64,000 nucleotides of DNA. It comes from Nitrosopumilus sp. (GTDB taxonomy: Archaea > Thermoproteota > Nitrososphaeria > Nitrososphaerales > Nitrosopumilaceae). Below are positions 39,942-54,900 of this stretch, piece by piece. The notes beneath the pieces are model-generated. The model was not told the DNA's origin. It ran no database searches and was given only the letters and a program-made list of their open reading frames with translations. The stretch spans positions 1,888,001 through 1,952,000 of the forward strand of contig OZ245003.1 in the NCBI GenBank assembly GCA_965223425.1, given 5' to 3'. Numbering within the stretch: position 1 is the stretch's first letter; each line of letters starts with the position of its first letter. The translations under genes were made by a program, and so were the position numbers.

Positions 39942-42900
39942 TCAGTTTAGCAGCAGCCCGCGCTGCCCGAGGTACGACAGCGCTGCGACAAACTCCTGCG
40001 CAGTCAGGCCGTCATCTGCGTCATCTGCGTCTGCGTCGAGGAACCACTTTGCTGTCTGCTTAAAGTATGTGGGGATGCTGGTGCCCTCTATTCCGAACTG
40101 GGCTAAAAGCTGCGAGTCAGATGCGGACTGGGACGCAAATCCGCCCCACTGCTTTAGGGTGTCAAGCTGTTCTGCGGTGAAGCCCTGTCGGGGTTGTTGT
40201 GGTTGCTGCTTGTCTGCAGTGTCAGCTGCGGTGCCGTTGCCAGTAGCGGTTGTTGTTGTTGTTGTGCCGTTGCCGCTGCCGGTGGCTGGGGGGACAGTAC
40301 TGCTGCTGCTGCTACCGCCGCCGCCTCCGCCTCCGCCGCCACTGCTGCTGCTGCCTCCGCCACCGCCGCCGCCGCTACTACTGCTGCCGCCTTTCCTTCC
40401 CTCAGACACCACAAGGGCGTCCTCAAGGTGGATGTAAAGCGCGTTTCTGCTGGTGTCCCACAGGCGGTACAGCACGTCAGAGAGCGGGACCTTCTTGGCA
40501 AAGGTTATGACAAACTCAAACTGCGCCTTTGTGGCATCAATGGCAGACGCATCCACAGTGGCACTGGCAATAAGGCCGTGCGGATCAGTTATCCGGATGT
40601 TGCCTGAATCGTATGTCACGTGGGTTTCTGTGCCGTCGTTGTGTATTGTCCTGCCGTCGTGTGCGACAAACATGTCGACGTGCTGTACGTTTTGCGCCCC
40701 GCCGTTCTCGTATACTGTGAGGGTGCTGAGAAGCCTCTCGCCGCTGCCTGCGCGTATCGTGGCAGTGTGGGGCGAGTTGATCGTGTCAGGGCCGTACTTT
40801 ATTCCGTCGTATACCAGGGGGTACTGGCCCGCGCCAAAGCCCGTGCGGATTGAGGGGGCAGAGACGTCTCCGCTGCTGCCACCACCACCGCCGCCAGAGG
40901 ATACAAGGCCCTCAAGGGTGCCTGATGATCCGTAATACCTGAATTCTGGCTCAAAGGAGGTCCCGCTGCCTGCATCAAGGGAGAGGACAAAGTAGTCAGC
41001 CTGCAGCAGGTCGCCGTACTCGTTGAGCGTGGTGTTGCCCATGGCAGGGTCTGTGTAGTGCCCGTTTGCGTTGTCTGCTACCTGCGCGATGTTGCCAATC
41101 AGGCCCTCGTTGACCATATTGCCTGCAGAGCCGCCGTTGAGGTGTATGGCAGTGCCGAGTATGAATACTGCGTCATATGCCGCATAAGAGTATACGTCAG
41201 CGTTGTCCACAGAGCTGTCTATCCTCTTGTTTTTCTCGTTTTCGTCTATTGCAAGGGTGAGCACGTTATAGTCGGTGCGCTCAAGGAATGTCTTGCGCTT
41301 CTCGTCCCGTCTGGTATCACCCTCAAGCAGCTTTGATGGCGCCACGGCGTCGCTGCCGTACCACTTTGCTGCAGGCAGGTTTGCAGTGGCTGCCGCCTCG
41401 CTGAGTATGTCAAGGGTCTCGCTAAATCCGAACACCACCACTGCGGGGGCCTTTTCACTGACGGAATCCCGACTTAGCGTGTCATTCAGCAAGGCAAGCG
41501 TTGTGTTGGCAGAAAGTGACACAGTGTCAGGGTTGTACAGTATTCCGCCGTGTACGGTTATTTTGCTGTCTGTGCTGTTGTTATGATCATCAATTTCATC
41601 TGCAAGGGTCCGGTTCAGTGCTACCCCCCACGCGTCGTTGCGGAACACCGGAATCACGTAATCGACAGAGTCTGCCTCAAAGAGGCTGACGTACGCCCTG
41701 ACGGTGTTGGAATCGTCAGGGACGGTCCTAAACACGCGGTCGTCCTTCTGCTTGAGATCCTCTGTGGGCGCAGTAGATGCGTAGCTTATGGCAAGCCTTG
41801 GCGGATTGTCAAACAGGGTGTTGTTCTTGACTTCAGACAGCGCCTCACTTGTGAGGGGGCCCACAATTGAGGTTATGTTGCTGCCTGCAAGCAGTTCCAG
41901 TGCTGCAATTGCGCCCTCAGAGGCAGACCCGTCATCATGTGTAGATACTGCAAGCCTCCATGCGGCCTCGTTTGGCGCAAGGTATCTGTCGTTAAAGTCG
42001 TTTACTGCCAGGTGTATGGTGTCATTTGCAGGTATGCCAAGTGACGAGATGGAGCCCGTAGTCGAGACGATTGCCCCTATGGTTACCGTGGCAGGTGCGC
42101 GCACGGTGAGTGTCTCTGTGATTGTGTGGTTGTTTGGCGAAACGGCCGAGTCAGAGACTGTATACTGTATGGTGTAATGTCCTATGGGAGGCCTGGTATT
42201 GTTAATGGAGTCGATCTTGTTTGCCTCAGTGGTGACAGCAGCATCGCCGGTGCCGTTATAGTACCTTATCTCCGTGCGAGTCGGAGGGCTGCCAGTCTCG
42301 GTAATGTTTTCTATCTTGCCGTTCCTGTAGGTCTGGCCTTCTGTTAGGGATGTAGCAAAGTCGGTTGCGTTGCCGTTTACCGTAAAGGTTGGAGGCGTGG
42401 TGTCAGGCAATACGGTGACTTTCCGGGTAACAGTATCTGACTCGTTGCCTGCAGCGTCCTTGCACGTGTACTCTATCTCGTAGGTGCCCGGTTCGGAGGT
42501 GTCTACAAAGCCGGATGTCACCAGTTCGGGGGAGTCATCCCGCAAGTCGGCGCACTCGGCTCCGGGATCATCGTAGGAGGCGCCCTTGTCGACTGTATGC
42601 TCAGGGTCGCCGACAAGTGAGATTGTGGGGCGTGTGGTGTCAGGTGCAGAAAGGTGCAGGACAACCTGGAGGTATACGATGATGCCGCCTGAATCCTCGC
42701 AAGAGTATGAGAGGGAATACCTGCCTGCTGTGTTTGGATCATACGTCGGACGCTCATCAAGCATAAGCGTAATGTCGCCATCCTCCGGGTCAGAGCATGT
42801 TACGCCCAGCTCGGCAAGCTCAAAGCCGGTATCGCGGTCCAGCGTGATTCTGGTAGTAGAGATTTGGTCGGTGTCCACCGTATGCAAGATGACAGGAGGT

Positions 42901-45900
42901 TTGTTGGGCGGTGGTGATGTGGTGTCACCCGGTGGCCGGCTTACGTTGGTTATGGTCATGGTGTGGTTTGCAGAGCCTGTGCCGCCGTCGTTGTCAGTTA
43001 CCACCAGCGTGATGACTAGCAGGGTGTCTTTTGTGACATTGGGTGCCGTAAATGATGCCGTTGCCTGGTCATCATAAGTTATTGTGATGGACGTGTCGTT
43101 GGTAGTCCACGCGTATGATGATATGGTGCCGTCATTATCTGTCGAGCCGGTTCCGTTAAGTGATACCGTTGCTCCCTCTGCTGCCCGGGCAGGCGCGCTG
43201 ATTCTCGCAGTCGGTGGGACGTTGACGTCCGGTGGTGGTGGTGGTGGTGGTGGTGGTGGTGGCATGGGCTCTGTAACAATTACGGTCCGGGTTACCGGAT
43301 CTGCGGGGTTGAACCCGTCTGAGCAGGTATATATCACATCGTACTGGCCGGCTACAGCCGTGTTCACCGCATCAAGGCCGCTGACTGTGACGGTAATGGA
43401 ACGGCCCGAGTCAGTGCAGGTTGCCCCGTCATCTGTGTATGGGTCGCCCACTGTCAGCGATACGGATGACAAGCCGATAAGGGAAAGCACGGGTGTCACG
43501 GTATCTGCCACAAGAACCTGTCTGGTCACGTTTTGCGCGGCAAGCCCGTGTTCGTCTGTACACGAGTAGGTGTACAAGTACGGAGCTAACGGGATCGTGT
43601 CTGTATCCACATTGGAGGAGTTGGTAAGCGTTGTGTCATCGCCGTCAGGATCGGCGCAGGTTGCCCCGGCATCGGTATACGTGACGTACCTTTCTGCAGT
43701 TGCAGGGTTGTCGCCAGTTAGGGTGATTGTCGGCTGCCGGTTTTCTGCCTGCGGGAGGAGGGAGACGCTGTATAATTCGTTGTCCCCGGTAGGCTGCGCA
43801 AAGAGCCGCACGTCGTTGCCTGCGGCGTCCTTGATGTCGCGTACTGAGAGCGGTGAGATGGAAAGGCCTACAGTGCCGTTTGCAGTTACTGTTACCCCCA
43901 CGTCGTATACGGCATCAGATTCCTTGGTGACTGCAGAGACTGTCGCTGTGGCGCTGCCTGTGGTCGCAAAGTCTGATTTATCCACGTTAACTACTGCCTC
44001 GCTGAAGGTTGCCCTGAAGGTCGGGGTGGAATCAGTTGTGTTTTCTGTGAGAGGGTCGTGCCTTGCAACGGATGCGAGGGTAGGTCTAGTGATATCTACG
44101 CTGTATGATTCGTCGTCCCCAGTCGGTGTCGTGCCAGACAGGGCGTTGCCTGCAGCATCTGTGATGTCGCTTGCCGTAGCATTGATGCCAAGGCTGACCG
44201 TGCCTTCTTCGAATACAAGTACGCGTACTTCGTATGTGGAGTTGGAGCTGGAAGGCACCGGGGTGACTAGCAAGCTGCCCGCATCGGCGTTGTCCAGGAT
44301 CTCAAAGTCTGATGGATCCACGTTGTTGACTGCCTCGCTGAAGGCGGCCCTGAAGACCAGGATACTGCTGCTTGTGTCCTCCTCTGCAGGGTTGTGCCTT
44401 GTAATGGATGCAAGGGTTGGGGCAACGGTATCTACGTTGTATGATTCGCTTACCTCGGTAGTAGGTGTTGTACCGGACAGGGCGTTGCCTGCGGCGTCCT
44501 TGATGTCGTTTGCAGTAGCATTGATGCCAAGGTTGACCGTGCCGTCTGCAGTTACTGTCACCTCCACGTCGTATACGGTATCAGATTCCTTGGTTACTGC
44601 AAAGACTGTGGCTGTGGCGCTGCCTGTGATCTCAAAGTCTGTCGTGTCCACGTTAACCACTGCCTCGCTGAAGGTTGCCCTGAAGGTCAGGGTGCCGTTG
44701 TTTGTGTTCTGTGTGGCAGGATCGTGCCTTACAACTGACAGGAGGGCCGGCTGAACGGCATCCGCAGGCGGCGTGCCCACCGGCACGCGGGGGAGGAGGA
44801 CGTTGTATGATTGGTCAGTTGCCGGCTCCTCATCAGACAGGGGGAGGCCTGCAGTGTCAATGATATTGTGTGTTGGTGAGATGCCAAGGCCGACTGTGCC
44901 GTTTGCAGTTACGGTCACCCCCACGTCGTATATTTTACCGCCGGGCACCGGGGCGACTGTGGAGACTGACGCTGTGGCGTTGCCCGTGGTATCAAAGTCT
45001 GACGTGTCCACGCTGGTGACTGCCTCGCTGAAGGTCACCCTGAAGGTGGGGGTGGAATCGTTTGTGTCCTGTGATGGGGGGCCATACCTTGCAACTGATA
45101 CGAGGGTCGGCAGAACGGTATCTACGGTGTAGGAATCGTCAGTATCAGGCTGTACATCAAGAGACAGGGCGTTGCCTGCAGCATCTGCGATGTTGTTTGC
45201 CGCTTTAATGTCAAGGCCTACCGTGCCGCCTGCAGTTACTGTCACCTCCACGCGGTATGTTTTACCGCCGGACACCGAGGTGACTGCAGAGACTGTTGCA
45301 GCGGCATCGCCTGAGGTTGCAAAGTCTTCCTCATTTACGCTGTTTACCCCCTCGCTGAAGGTTACCATGAAGGTGGGGGTGGTGTCGCCTGTGTCCTGCT
45401 CTGCGGGCTCGTGCCTTTCAACTGATACGAGGGTCGGCAGAACGGTATCTACCGTATATGACTCGTCAGTCTCAGGCGGTACCTCAAGGGACAGGGTGCT
45501 GCCTGTGACATCTGCAATGTCGTTTTCTGGTTTAATGTCAAGGCCTACCGTGCCGTCTCCAGTTACTGCCAGCTCCACGCGGTATTGGGCAGTGCCAGGT
45601 GCCCCGGTGACTGTTTTGATTTCCGCAGCGGCGCTGCCTGTAATCGCAAAGTCTTCCTTGTTTACGTTGTTTACTGCCTCGCTGAATGTGACGCTGAAGG
45701 TGGGGGTGTCATCGTTTGTGTCCTGTGATGCAGGCTCGTCCCTTTCAACTGATACGAGGGTCGGCCGAACTGTATCTATAATGTAGGAATCGTCTGTCCC
45801 AGTCGGTTCCGTACCGGACAGGGCGTTGCCTGCGACATCTTGGATGTCGTGTCCTGTAACGATGCCCAAGTCTACCGTGCCGTCTGCAGGTGCGATTGCT

Positions 45901-48900
45901 GTCACGTTGTATGCTGTGCCGCCGGGCATCCTGTTGATTGTAAAGTCTACCACATCGACGTCGCCTGTGGTCTTAAAGTCTGCCGCATCCACGTTGAACA
46001 CTTCCTCGCTGAACGTCACCTTGAAGGTCGGGTTACGATCGTTTGTGTTTTGTGTGGCAGGCTCGTGCCTTTCAACGGATACGAGGGTCGGCCGAACTCT
46101 ATCTACCGTGAGGGACGAGTCGTCAGCTACGGTAGGTGCCGTGCCGGACAGGGCGTTGCCTGCGGCGTCCTTGATGTCGTTGTTTGCGGCGATGTCAAGG
46201 ATGACCGTGCCGTCTGCAGTTATATCCACTGATATGTCGTATGTGGAGTTGTCAGATGATAGTACCGGAAAGACTTGCAAGTTGGTCACAACAGCGTCGC
46301 CTGTGGTCTCAAAGTCTGCCGCATCCACGTTGAACACATCCTCGCTGAAGGCTATCCTGAAGGTGAGGGTGTCGTCGTTTGTGTACTCTGATACGGAGCT
46401 TTGCCTTGTAATGGTTTTTAGGATTGGCTGAACTGTATCTATAATGTAGGAATCGTCAGTCACGGTAGGTCCCGTACCGGACAGGTCGTTGCCTACGGCA
46501 TCCTCAATGTCGTTTACTGCATTGATGCCAAGGCCGACAGTGCCGTCTGTAGTTGCAGTCACCAGCACTTCGTATACGGTACCAGATGCCGTGTTGACTG
46601 TGGTGACTGTGGCGGCAGCGTCGCCTGTGGTCACAAAGTCTGATGTGTCCACATTGGTGACTGCCTCGCTGAAGGTTGCTCTGAAGGTGGGGGTACGATC
46701 GTTTGTGTTTTGTGTGGCAGGATACAGCCTTTCAACTGATTCAAGGGTCGGGGCGGTGACCTTTACGTTGTATGTGCTTGTTTGGGCATCCCCGGTGCCG
46801 GAGGGCAGGGCGTTGCCTGCGACATCAGTAATGTCGTTTTCTTCTGCATCGATGCCAAGGCCGACAGTGCCGCCCGTATCTGCTGATACCACCACGAGGT
46901 AGTCGTTGTCAGATACCTTGGTTACCGTAGAGACTGTCGCATCAGCGTCGCCTGTGGTCTCAAAGTCTGGCGGATCCACGTTGATTACTGCCTCGTCGAA
47001 TGTTACCCTGAAGGTCAGGGTGGTGTTGCCTGTGTTCTGCGTGGCAGGATCATGTATTATGGCAAACGAGAGTGTTGGGGCGGTAATGTCTACGGCGTAC
47101 GACTCGTTGGTGGTTTGGTCCGCCGATTCGAGAACCGCGTTGGCCAGCGGGTTGCCCACAGCGTCTGCAATGTTGTGATTGTGGTTGAGTGTCTTGATGT
47201 AAAGTCCGACTGTGCCGTCTCTGACCACGTTTACCTCCACGTGGTATACGGTACCGCCGGACACCGGGGTTACGCTACTGACAACCGCACCCGCATTGGC
47301 GCTGCCTGAGATCTCAAAGTCTGATGCATCCACGTTAACGACTTCCTCGCTGAAGGTTACCCTGAAGGTGGGGGTGTCATCGTTTGTGTTTTCTGTGGCA
47401 GGATCGTGCCTTTCAACAGACAGGAATGCCGGGTCGGTGGTGTCTATGCTGTATGAATCGTTGATCCCCCCGGTAGGCGCAGTATCGGCGGACAGGGGGA
47501 CGCCTGCGGCATCTGCAATGTCGTTTTCTTCAGCGATGCCCAGGTCTACCGTGCCGTCTTCAGTTACGGTTACCAGCACGTGGTATACCGTGCCGCCGGA
47601 TATCCTGGTGACATTAGAGACTGCAGCGTCGGCAGTTCCCAGGGCCACAAAGTCTGATGCATCCACGTTGAACACCGGCTGGCTGAAGGTCACGTTGAAG
47701 ATGGGGGTGTCATCGTTTGTGTCCCGCGTGGTAGGATCATGCCTTTCAACTGATACGAGTTTCGGCTGAATGATGCTTACGTTGTATGACTCGTTGGTTC
47801 CGGTAGTAGGCGCAGTGCCAGAGGACAGGGCAGCTGCTGTAACGGCATCTGCAATGTCGTTTTCTTCTGCATTGATGCCAAGGCCTACCGTGCCGTCTGT
47901 AGTTACTGCCACCTCCACGCGGTATTCCGTGCCGCCAGACGCCCCGGTTACAGCAGAGACTGTGGAATTGGCGGTGCCTGTGGTGACAAAGTCTGATTGG
48001 TCCACGTTGACCACTCCCTTGTTGAACGTGACGCTGAAGGTCGGGGTGCTGTCGCTTGTTTCCTGTTCTGGAGGTTCATGCCTTTCAACTGATGCAAGTT
48101 CCGGTTGGGCAAAGTCCACACTGTACGATTGGTCTGCATCTGCTGCCGCAGGGGTCCTCAGGTCGACCAGCCGGTTGCCTGCAATATCTGCAATGTCGTT
48201 TGCTGTTTTAATGTCAAGGCCTACCGTGCCGATGCCAGTCACACGCACCAGTACGTCATATGTGGAGCCGGACACCGGGGTGACTGTGGAGACTGTAGCG
48301 GTGGCATTGCCTGAGATTGCAAAGTCACTGCTGCCAACCTCGGTTACCGGTTCGCTAAATGTCACCTGGAATGTTGGGTTTTGGCGGTCTGTTTCCTCCG
48401 ATGTAGGGTCGTGCCTCTTGATGGATAGAACTGTTGGCGCAAGGCCGTCAGTTACGCCTGCTGACACGTCAAATGCGGTGGGCAGGCCGTACTGGAAGAT
48501 GCCGCCGGTATGGGGATCAAGCATATACATTCTGCTGCCGTCATCAGAGAATGCAAGGGAATCAAAGATAAGGCTGCTGTGGGATGCCGTAAACGAGGCG
48601 CCTGCCGTGCCGTCAAGGGTCGCACTGGATACGCTAAAGGCCTCAGACAGGCCGTACTGGAAGATGTCGCCGTCATCAGAGTCAAGCACGTACATTTTGC
48701 TGCCGTCATCAGAGAATGCGACAGAGCCAGGCGAGTCCAGCCCGCCGTGGTCTGCCCTAAACGCATAGCCTGGCGGCGTGCCGCCGTCAAGGGTCGCGTT
48801 TGCCACGCTAAAGGCCGCAGGCAGGCTGTACTGGAATATGCCGCCGTCATCAGAGTCAAGCACGTACATTTTGCTGCCGTCATCAGAGAATGCGACAGAG

Positions 48901-51900
48901 CCAGGTTCACCTAGATCATCATGGGCTATGCTAAGCAGATAGCCGTTTGAGGAGGAGTCATCAAGGGTCGCGCCAGTCACGTCAAAGGCATCAGGCAGGC
49001 TGTACTGGAAGATGCGATGGCCGCTGCTGTCAAGCACGTACATCTTGCTGCCGTTGGCGGAGAATGCAACAGTGTCAGGGTTTGACAGATTGCCGTGGAA
49101 TGCAGTAAACGAGGCGCCTGCCGTGCCGTCAAGGGTCGCACTGGATACGTTAAAGGCCTCAGACAGGCCGTACTGGAAGATCTCGCCGTCCCTGCTGTCT
49201 AGCACGTACATTTTGCTGCCGTTGGCGGAGAATGCAACAGAGGTGGGGAATCCCAGATTGTCGTGTTTTGCAGCAAACAGGGCGCCTGCAGGCTGCGTGC
49301 CATCCAGTGTGGGGCCTGCGTTGATGGTTGCAGTGACCATCCTGTTGCCTGCCGCATCTGAAATGTCCCCTGCAGTGTATGTCACGTCAGGTGTCGCACC
49401 GGTGTCAAGTGCGTCTTGCAGCGTCATTACTGCGGTGCTACCGGTCCCGTCAAGGCCGGTGACTGCAGTGACCGTGCTTCCTTCTACGCCCCATGCAGTA
49501 TGGGAGTCAGCCGTGCTGTTGACGTTCTCAGAGAAGGTGACAGTCACCTGGTTTGTGTCAGGGCCGGTCCTTGCAGCAAACGTGGGCGGGGCGGTGTCAT
49601 CAGCTGGCGACGGTGTCGTCGTAGTCGTTGTCGTTCTCGGGAAGTACTTTTCATAGTCGTCATCATGTATAACGAAAATATTGGTTCCTTCTTCAACCAG
49701 GCCGCTGCCCTGTTCTGTGTTGTGAATCTCAAATATGATTACCAGTTCATCCAGGGAATAGTCGATTGGCACCTGTTTGGGGTCGATGCTGACTGTAACT
49801 GGGAAGAAGCCTACCTGCGTATCGTTTTGTGTGTATATTACCTTCTCGTCCTGCTCAAGGTATACCCTTGATTGGTAGATGGCATCCTGACTGGGTATGA
49901 TGTTGGTCCTTCTATCAAAGCCAAATGTGATGTCAAGCATGTCAGTTGTGTCATTATAATACGGAGTGAAATATGCACGATAAGATTGAGGGTATAAAAC
50001 AGGCCTGTCCGACTTTGTTATGGTCATGGTGTGGTTTGCAGAGCCGGTGTAGCCGTCATCATCAGTCACCTTCAGCGTGATGACCAGCGCGGTGTTCTCT
50101 GTGACCCGGGGCGCCGTAAATGATGCTGTTGACTGGTTGCTGCCGGCAATGGCTATTGTCGGGTCGCCGGCAGTCCATTCGTATGATGATATGGTGCCGT
50201 CAGTATCATCAGATGCTGTCCCGTCAAGGGGCACTGTTCTCCCCTCGCCGGCAGTTTCAGGCGCGCTGATTACCGCAGTCGGTGGCATGTTCACATCAGG
50301 CGTGGTGCTGTCAGTTGGGATGCTGTTTTGAACCTGCAATAGCGCAAATGACCCAAGCGGGTTTGGAAGGACGCCGGGATCAAAGGGTTTGGCAGGGGGC
50401 GCCAGAGTGTACTGTTTTACTGCAGGCGTCCGAGCAGATACTGAATCAGGAAAGTCGCTGCTCTCATCTAGCACGAACATGCGGGTGCCGTCAGCAGAAA
50501 AGGCCACATCTGAGGGCCGGAATGGCAGTTCCACATCAACAAAGGACAGGGAATCAGGGGAAAGAACGCTAAAGGTCGACGGCCCTGCGCTGAATGATCC
50601 CGCGTGGGTGGCACTTGAGATGTCCCAGGCCTCTGAAAGAGCAAACTCGCTTATGAGGTTTTTATCAGGCACTGCCACGAACATGCGGGTGCCGTCAGCA
50701 GAGAAGGTGATGCCTGCAATGACAGCAGCAGCGTCTGCCCGGGGGTCTTCTGCAGAGATGCTGTGCGCCAGGACGGCAGAGGAGGCGTTCCACGCCTCAG
50801 AGAGGGAGAACTCGCTTATCCGGTCGTTGCGGTCACTTGCGATGTACATCGCAGTGCCGTCCGGCGAGAAGGCAATGCCGCGCAGATCCGTGTTGGGCAG
50901 AATCCCGGCCGAGGAGAGCGTGTGATTGACATACGAGGAAAAGGACGCATCAGAGGCGTTCCACGGGGAGGAGAACACAAACTCGTGGATGGCAGAGCCG
51001 TCCAGCGCGTCTGTGGCAAACAGCCTGGTGCCGTCAGCAGAGAAGGTTAGGCCCACCATGGCAACAGCGGGGTTTACCGTGACTGTGCTGTTGACGGGGA
51101 TGGGCGGTATCAGGGATGCAAGCGAGGTGGTGTATGCGTGGGATGCGCCAGAGGAGGAGGAGGAGGAGGAGACTTCCCACGGGGCAGGCAGGGCATATGC
51201 GTGCAGGCTGTTAGAAAAGTCAAGCACAAAAATTGTTGTGCCGTCCTTTGAGAGGGCCATGGCGACGGGAAAGTCCGTCTGCTCGCCGATAGGAAGGGAG
51301 CCGGCAAGCAGGGTGCCCCCTGAGAGGTCGTTTATGGTGCCTCCCGAACCGGTGCTGATGCCGGCAGAACCGCCCTTTTGGTACGAGACCTTTACGTCCT
51401 GGTTTCCGTCCAGCGTGTCGTTCAGGAGGAGCGTGATGCTAGAGCCGTCAACTGACATGGAGGCAGCATGCGGAGTCGGACGGATGTCGTCTGCATGCAC
51501 TGTCATGTTGGTTATTACCCTGACTGCAGACAGCGCAAAGTCGCCGGGAGCGGCACCGGCATTAGTTACGGCCTCTGAAAGCTCGATGCGAATGGCAGTG
51601 GAGTTGGACGTGTGGGCAGATATTGCCACGGGAGGCACCTTGTCCACGGTTCCATCAAAGGTGCCTGCATGCGCGGGGATCCCGTTGGTGTCCTCCACGC
51701 TTCCGGATGCAGAATCATACGTGATGTCAGGCGGATCGCCAGTGGAGCTGCCGCGCCCGGTGATGCCAAGCGTTATCTGGGCTGTGGCGCCTGCCGGATC
51801 CGTGTTTGCGGCGACTGTTCCTGCAGACAGCGCGAATCCGGAGCCGTCAGTCGTGTTGGACTTTACGTCGACTGGCTCGCTGTAGGTCAGGACTATGGTG

Positions 51901-54900
51901 TCGTTTCTGATCAGGGCGGCACTGACAATTACGGGGGACACCGTATCGCGGACTGTAACCAGGCGGATCACGCGGTCTGCGGGAATGCCGCTGTCAGGGT
52001 CAGTGCAGTAGTAGTTTATCTCATAGTCGCCCACGGTGGATGCGTCAACTGGCGCGGTATAGTTTATCACGAGGTTCTCCGGCAAGAGTATGTCATTGCC
52101 GGCACCGTCAGTGCATATGGCGCCCGGCTCGTCGTATCCGGAGCCCCATTCCACAAAGTGCGGGGTGTCACCGTTTAGCTTGATTACGGGGGGCCTTGAA
52201 TCAGACACTATTACGGTCTCAGTTATCGTGTGCGAGTTGCCAGAGGCGTCAGTGACGGTGTAGGTGACGTAGTAGGTTCCAGGACTGTCCGTATCTACTG
52301 CGCCGGCGTTCCCTATGTTCTGGGTGGTCTGGTCGCGGTCAGTCACGTTTAGGATCGTGCCTGCAACGTACGTGCCCCCCAGGGTTATGGTGGTGGTATA
52401 GTCTGCGTCGTGCTCATCTACTGCAAATGCGGGCTTTACGGTGTCGCGGACCTCGATTACGCGGGTCACGGTGTCGGCCCTGCTGCTGTCGCTGTCATCT
52501 GCTGCACAGTCGTAGGTGACGTTGTACTCTCCCACGACAGGCCTGTTGACACTATCGCTGTTTATCACGATGTTTCCTGATATGTCGGTGCCGTCTGCAT
52601 CAGCACACGTGGCCCCGGACTCTGTATAGTTGGCGCCAAGCTCCATCTGTTGCGGGTTCGCACCCAAGAGTGTGATTGTTGGCAGATCCTGGTTCGCATC
52701 AGGCGTGCCGCCGCCGGTATCGCCCGTAAACGGCGTGCTCACCGGTATGTTTGCAAAGCTTGCCACGGGGTTGCCTGCAACGTCTGCCATGCTGCTGTCC
52801 ACCAGATCCTGGTTATAGTTGATAACCAGGGTGTTGTTGCCGACAGGACCGTCAAGGCCAAGCGTGAGGGTTGAAGAGTCAGTGAGTATTGTTTGCGGCA
52901 CCACAGCAGGTATTGGTATAGACGTTGTTGCGCTGCCTGCAGCACGCGAGAGCGAAAAGCTCCCGGCGCCATGCGAGCCCTTGACGTTCTCCGAGAAGGT
53001 TACGGTTATTGACGTTGACGTGGCAGAAGCTGCCGCGGCGCTGACTGGGACAGGCGGCAGGCCGTCATTTGCCATGATGTTGCGTGCGTTATCGAGGTAC
53101 TCGGTCCCGTTGAAGATGCCGCCCCTGTGTGAGGTGGCACCATCACCATCGGCAGGCGGCCTCTGGTAATGGGCGTGCACGGCATCAAACCTGGTGGCAG
53201 TGTCCGGCAGGGAGGCGTTCAGCGCAAGCGTCATGGCGTCTGTTGTCCCGCCGGGATCCGAGTTTGATTTTATGGCAAGGCCTGCCGCGTCTGCGCCAAA
53301 CAGGATCCATCCCGTGCCGTCAGTTATGTCCGTATCAACGTTGGACAAAAAGCGCACGGCAAGCTCGTTATGGGCTACGAGGGTAACAGATTCTATCAGC
53401 GGAAGAAATGCGCCGCTCTTGCCTATTGGCAGGTCGTTCTGGTTGTAATTAAATGAGAACCCGTTTTGGGAATATGTAAAGAATCCCTCTATGTCAGCCT
53501 CCGGGGATGCCAATGCCCTGACTGCGCTGTCTGTGGACGGGTCAAGCTTGTAATGCGCCGTGCTGCCACTCGTGTGCAGCAGTAGGGGGAAGGCAAGATC
53601 CGAGCCGCCAGAGTCAGAGCCGGACTCGCGGATATGGAACAAGTCAAGCTCAGTACTAATGAGCAGGTTGACGTCCTTGTTGAAGGTTACACCGAGGATG
53701 CCGTGGTTTTCATAGTATGTGGCAGACCTGGCAAAGATCGTCTGGTCGTCGTAGACTGTTACTGTTACCGTGTCATTGTTGCTTGACAGGGAGCCGTCAT
53801 TTGTTGTAAGCGCGAACGTCAGGGCAGTAAAGTTGGCAGTGGACGGTGCAGTGAAGGTGGGGCTTGTTGTGTTGGCGTTTGTCAGTGTTACGGCAGGGGA
53901 GCCGGATGTCTGGGACCACGAGTACGTCAGGGTGTCGCCGTCATCAGGATCCGCCGATCTAGTCCCGTCAAGGGTCACCGTGTCGCCCTCCTGCACGTGC
54001 TGGTTTGGGCCGGCATCGGCAGCTGGCAGCCTGTTTGTGTCGTAGAGCGTCATGGTGTGGTTTGCAGAGCCTGTGGCGCCGTCATCATCAGTTACCTTCA
54101 GCGTGATGACCAGAGTGGCGTTCGCAGTGACCTGGGGTGCCGTAAATGATGCTTCTGCCTTGTCAGCATCAATTATTGTGATGGACGTGTTGTTGGCAGT
54201 CCACGCGTATAATGATATTGTGCCGTCACTGTCACTGGAGCCGGTCCCGACAAGGGTTACAGTCGTGCCCTCTGCTGCCCGGGCAGGCGCGGCAATTGAG
54301 GCAGTCGGTGGGGCGTTGCCGTCCGGCGGCGTTGGAGGCGTTGGCGCAGACTGCGTGCCCACCGGTATTCCTTCAAAGCTTGCCACGGGGTTGCCTGCAA
54401 CGTCTGCTATGCCGCTGCCTGCCAGGTCCTGGTTGTAGGCGACAGTCAGGTCGTTGTTGCCGATGGTGCTATTAAGGTTGAGCGTGAGGGTCTCAGAGTC
54501 AGTGAATATCGTTTCTGGCACCACTGCAGGTACGGGCGTCGTGGTGGCGCTGCCTGCGGCACGTGAGAGCGAAAAGCTTCCGGCGCCATGCGAGCCCAGG
54601 ACGTTCTCTGAGAAGGTTACAGTTATCGACGTTGACATGGCAGAGGCTGCTGCGGCGCTGACTGGAACCGGCGGCAGGCCGTCGGCTGCCTTGATGTCAG
54701 CAGTGTTCCCGAGGTATTCAGTGCCGTTGAAGATGCCTCCGCCATCGCCTGACGGCCTCTGGTATTTGACGTGCACGTCATCGAACCTGGTGGCAGTGCC
54801 TGGCAGGGAGGCATTTAGCGCAAGCGTCATGGTGTCTTTTATTCCGCCCGGATCCGAGTTTGATTCTATGGCAAGGTTTGCTGCCGTTACGTCTGCGCCA

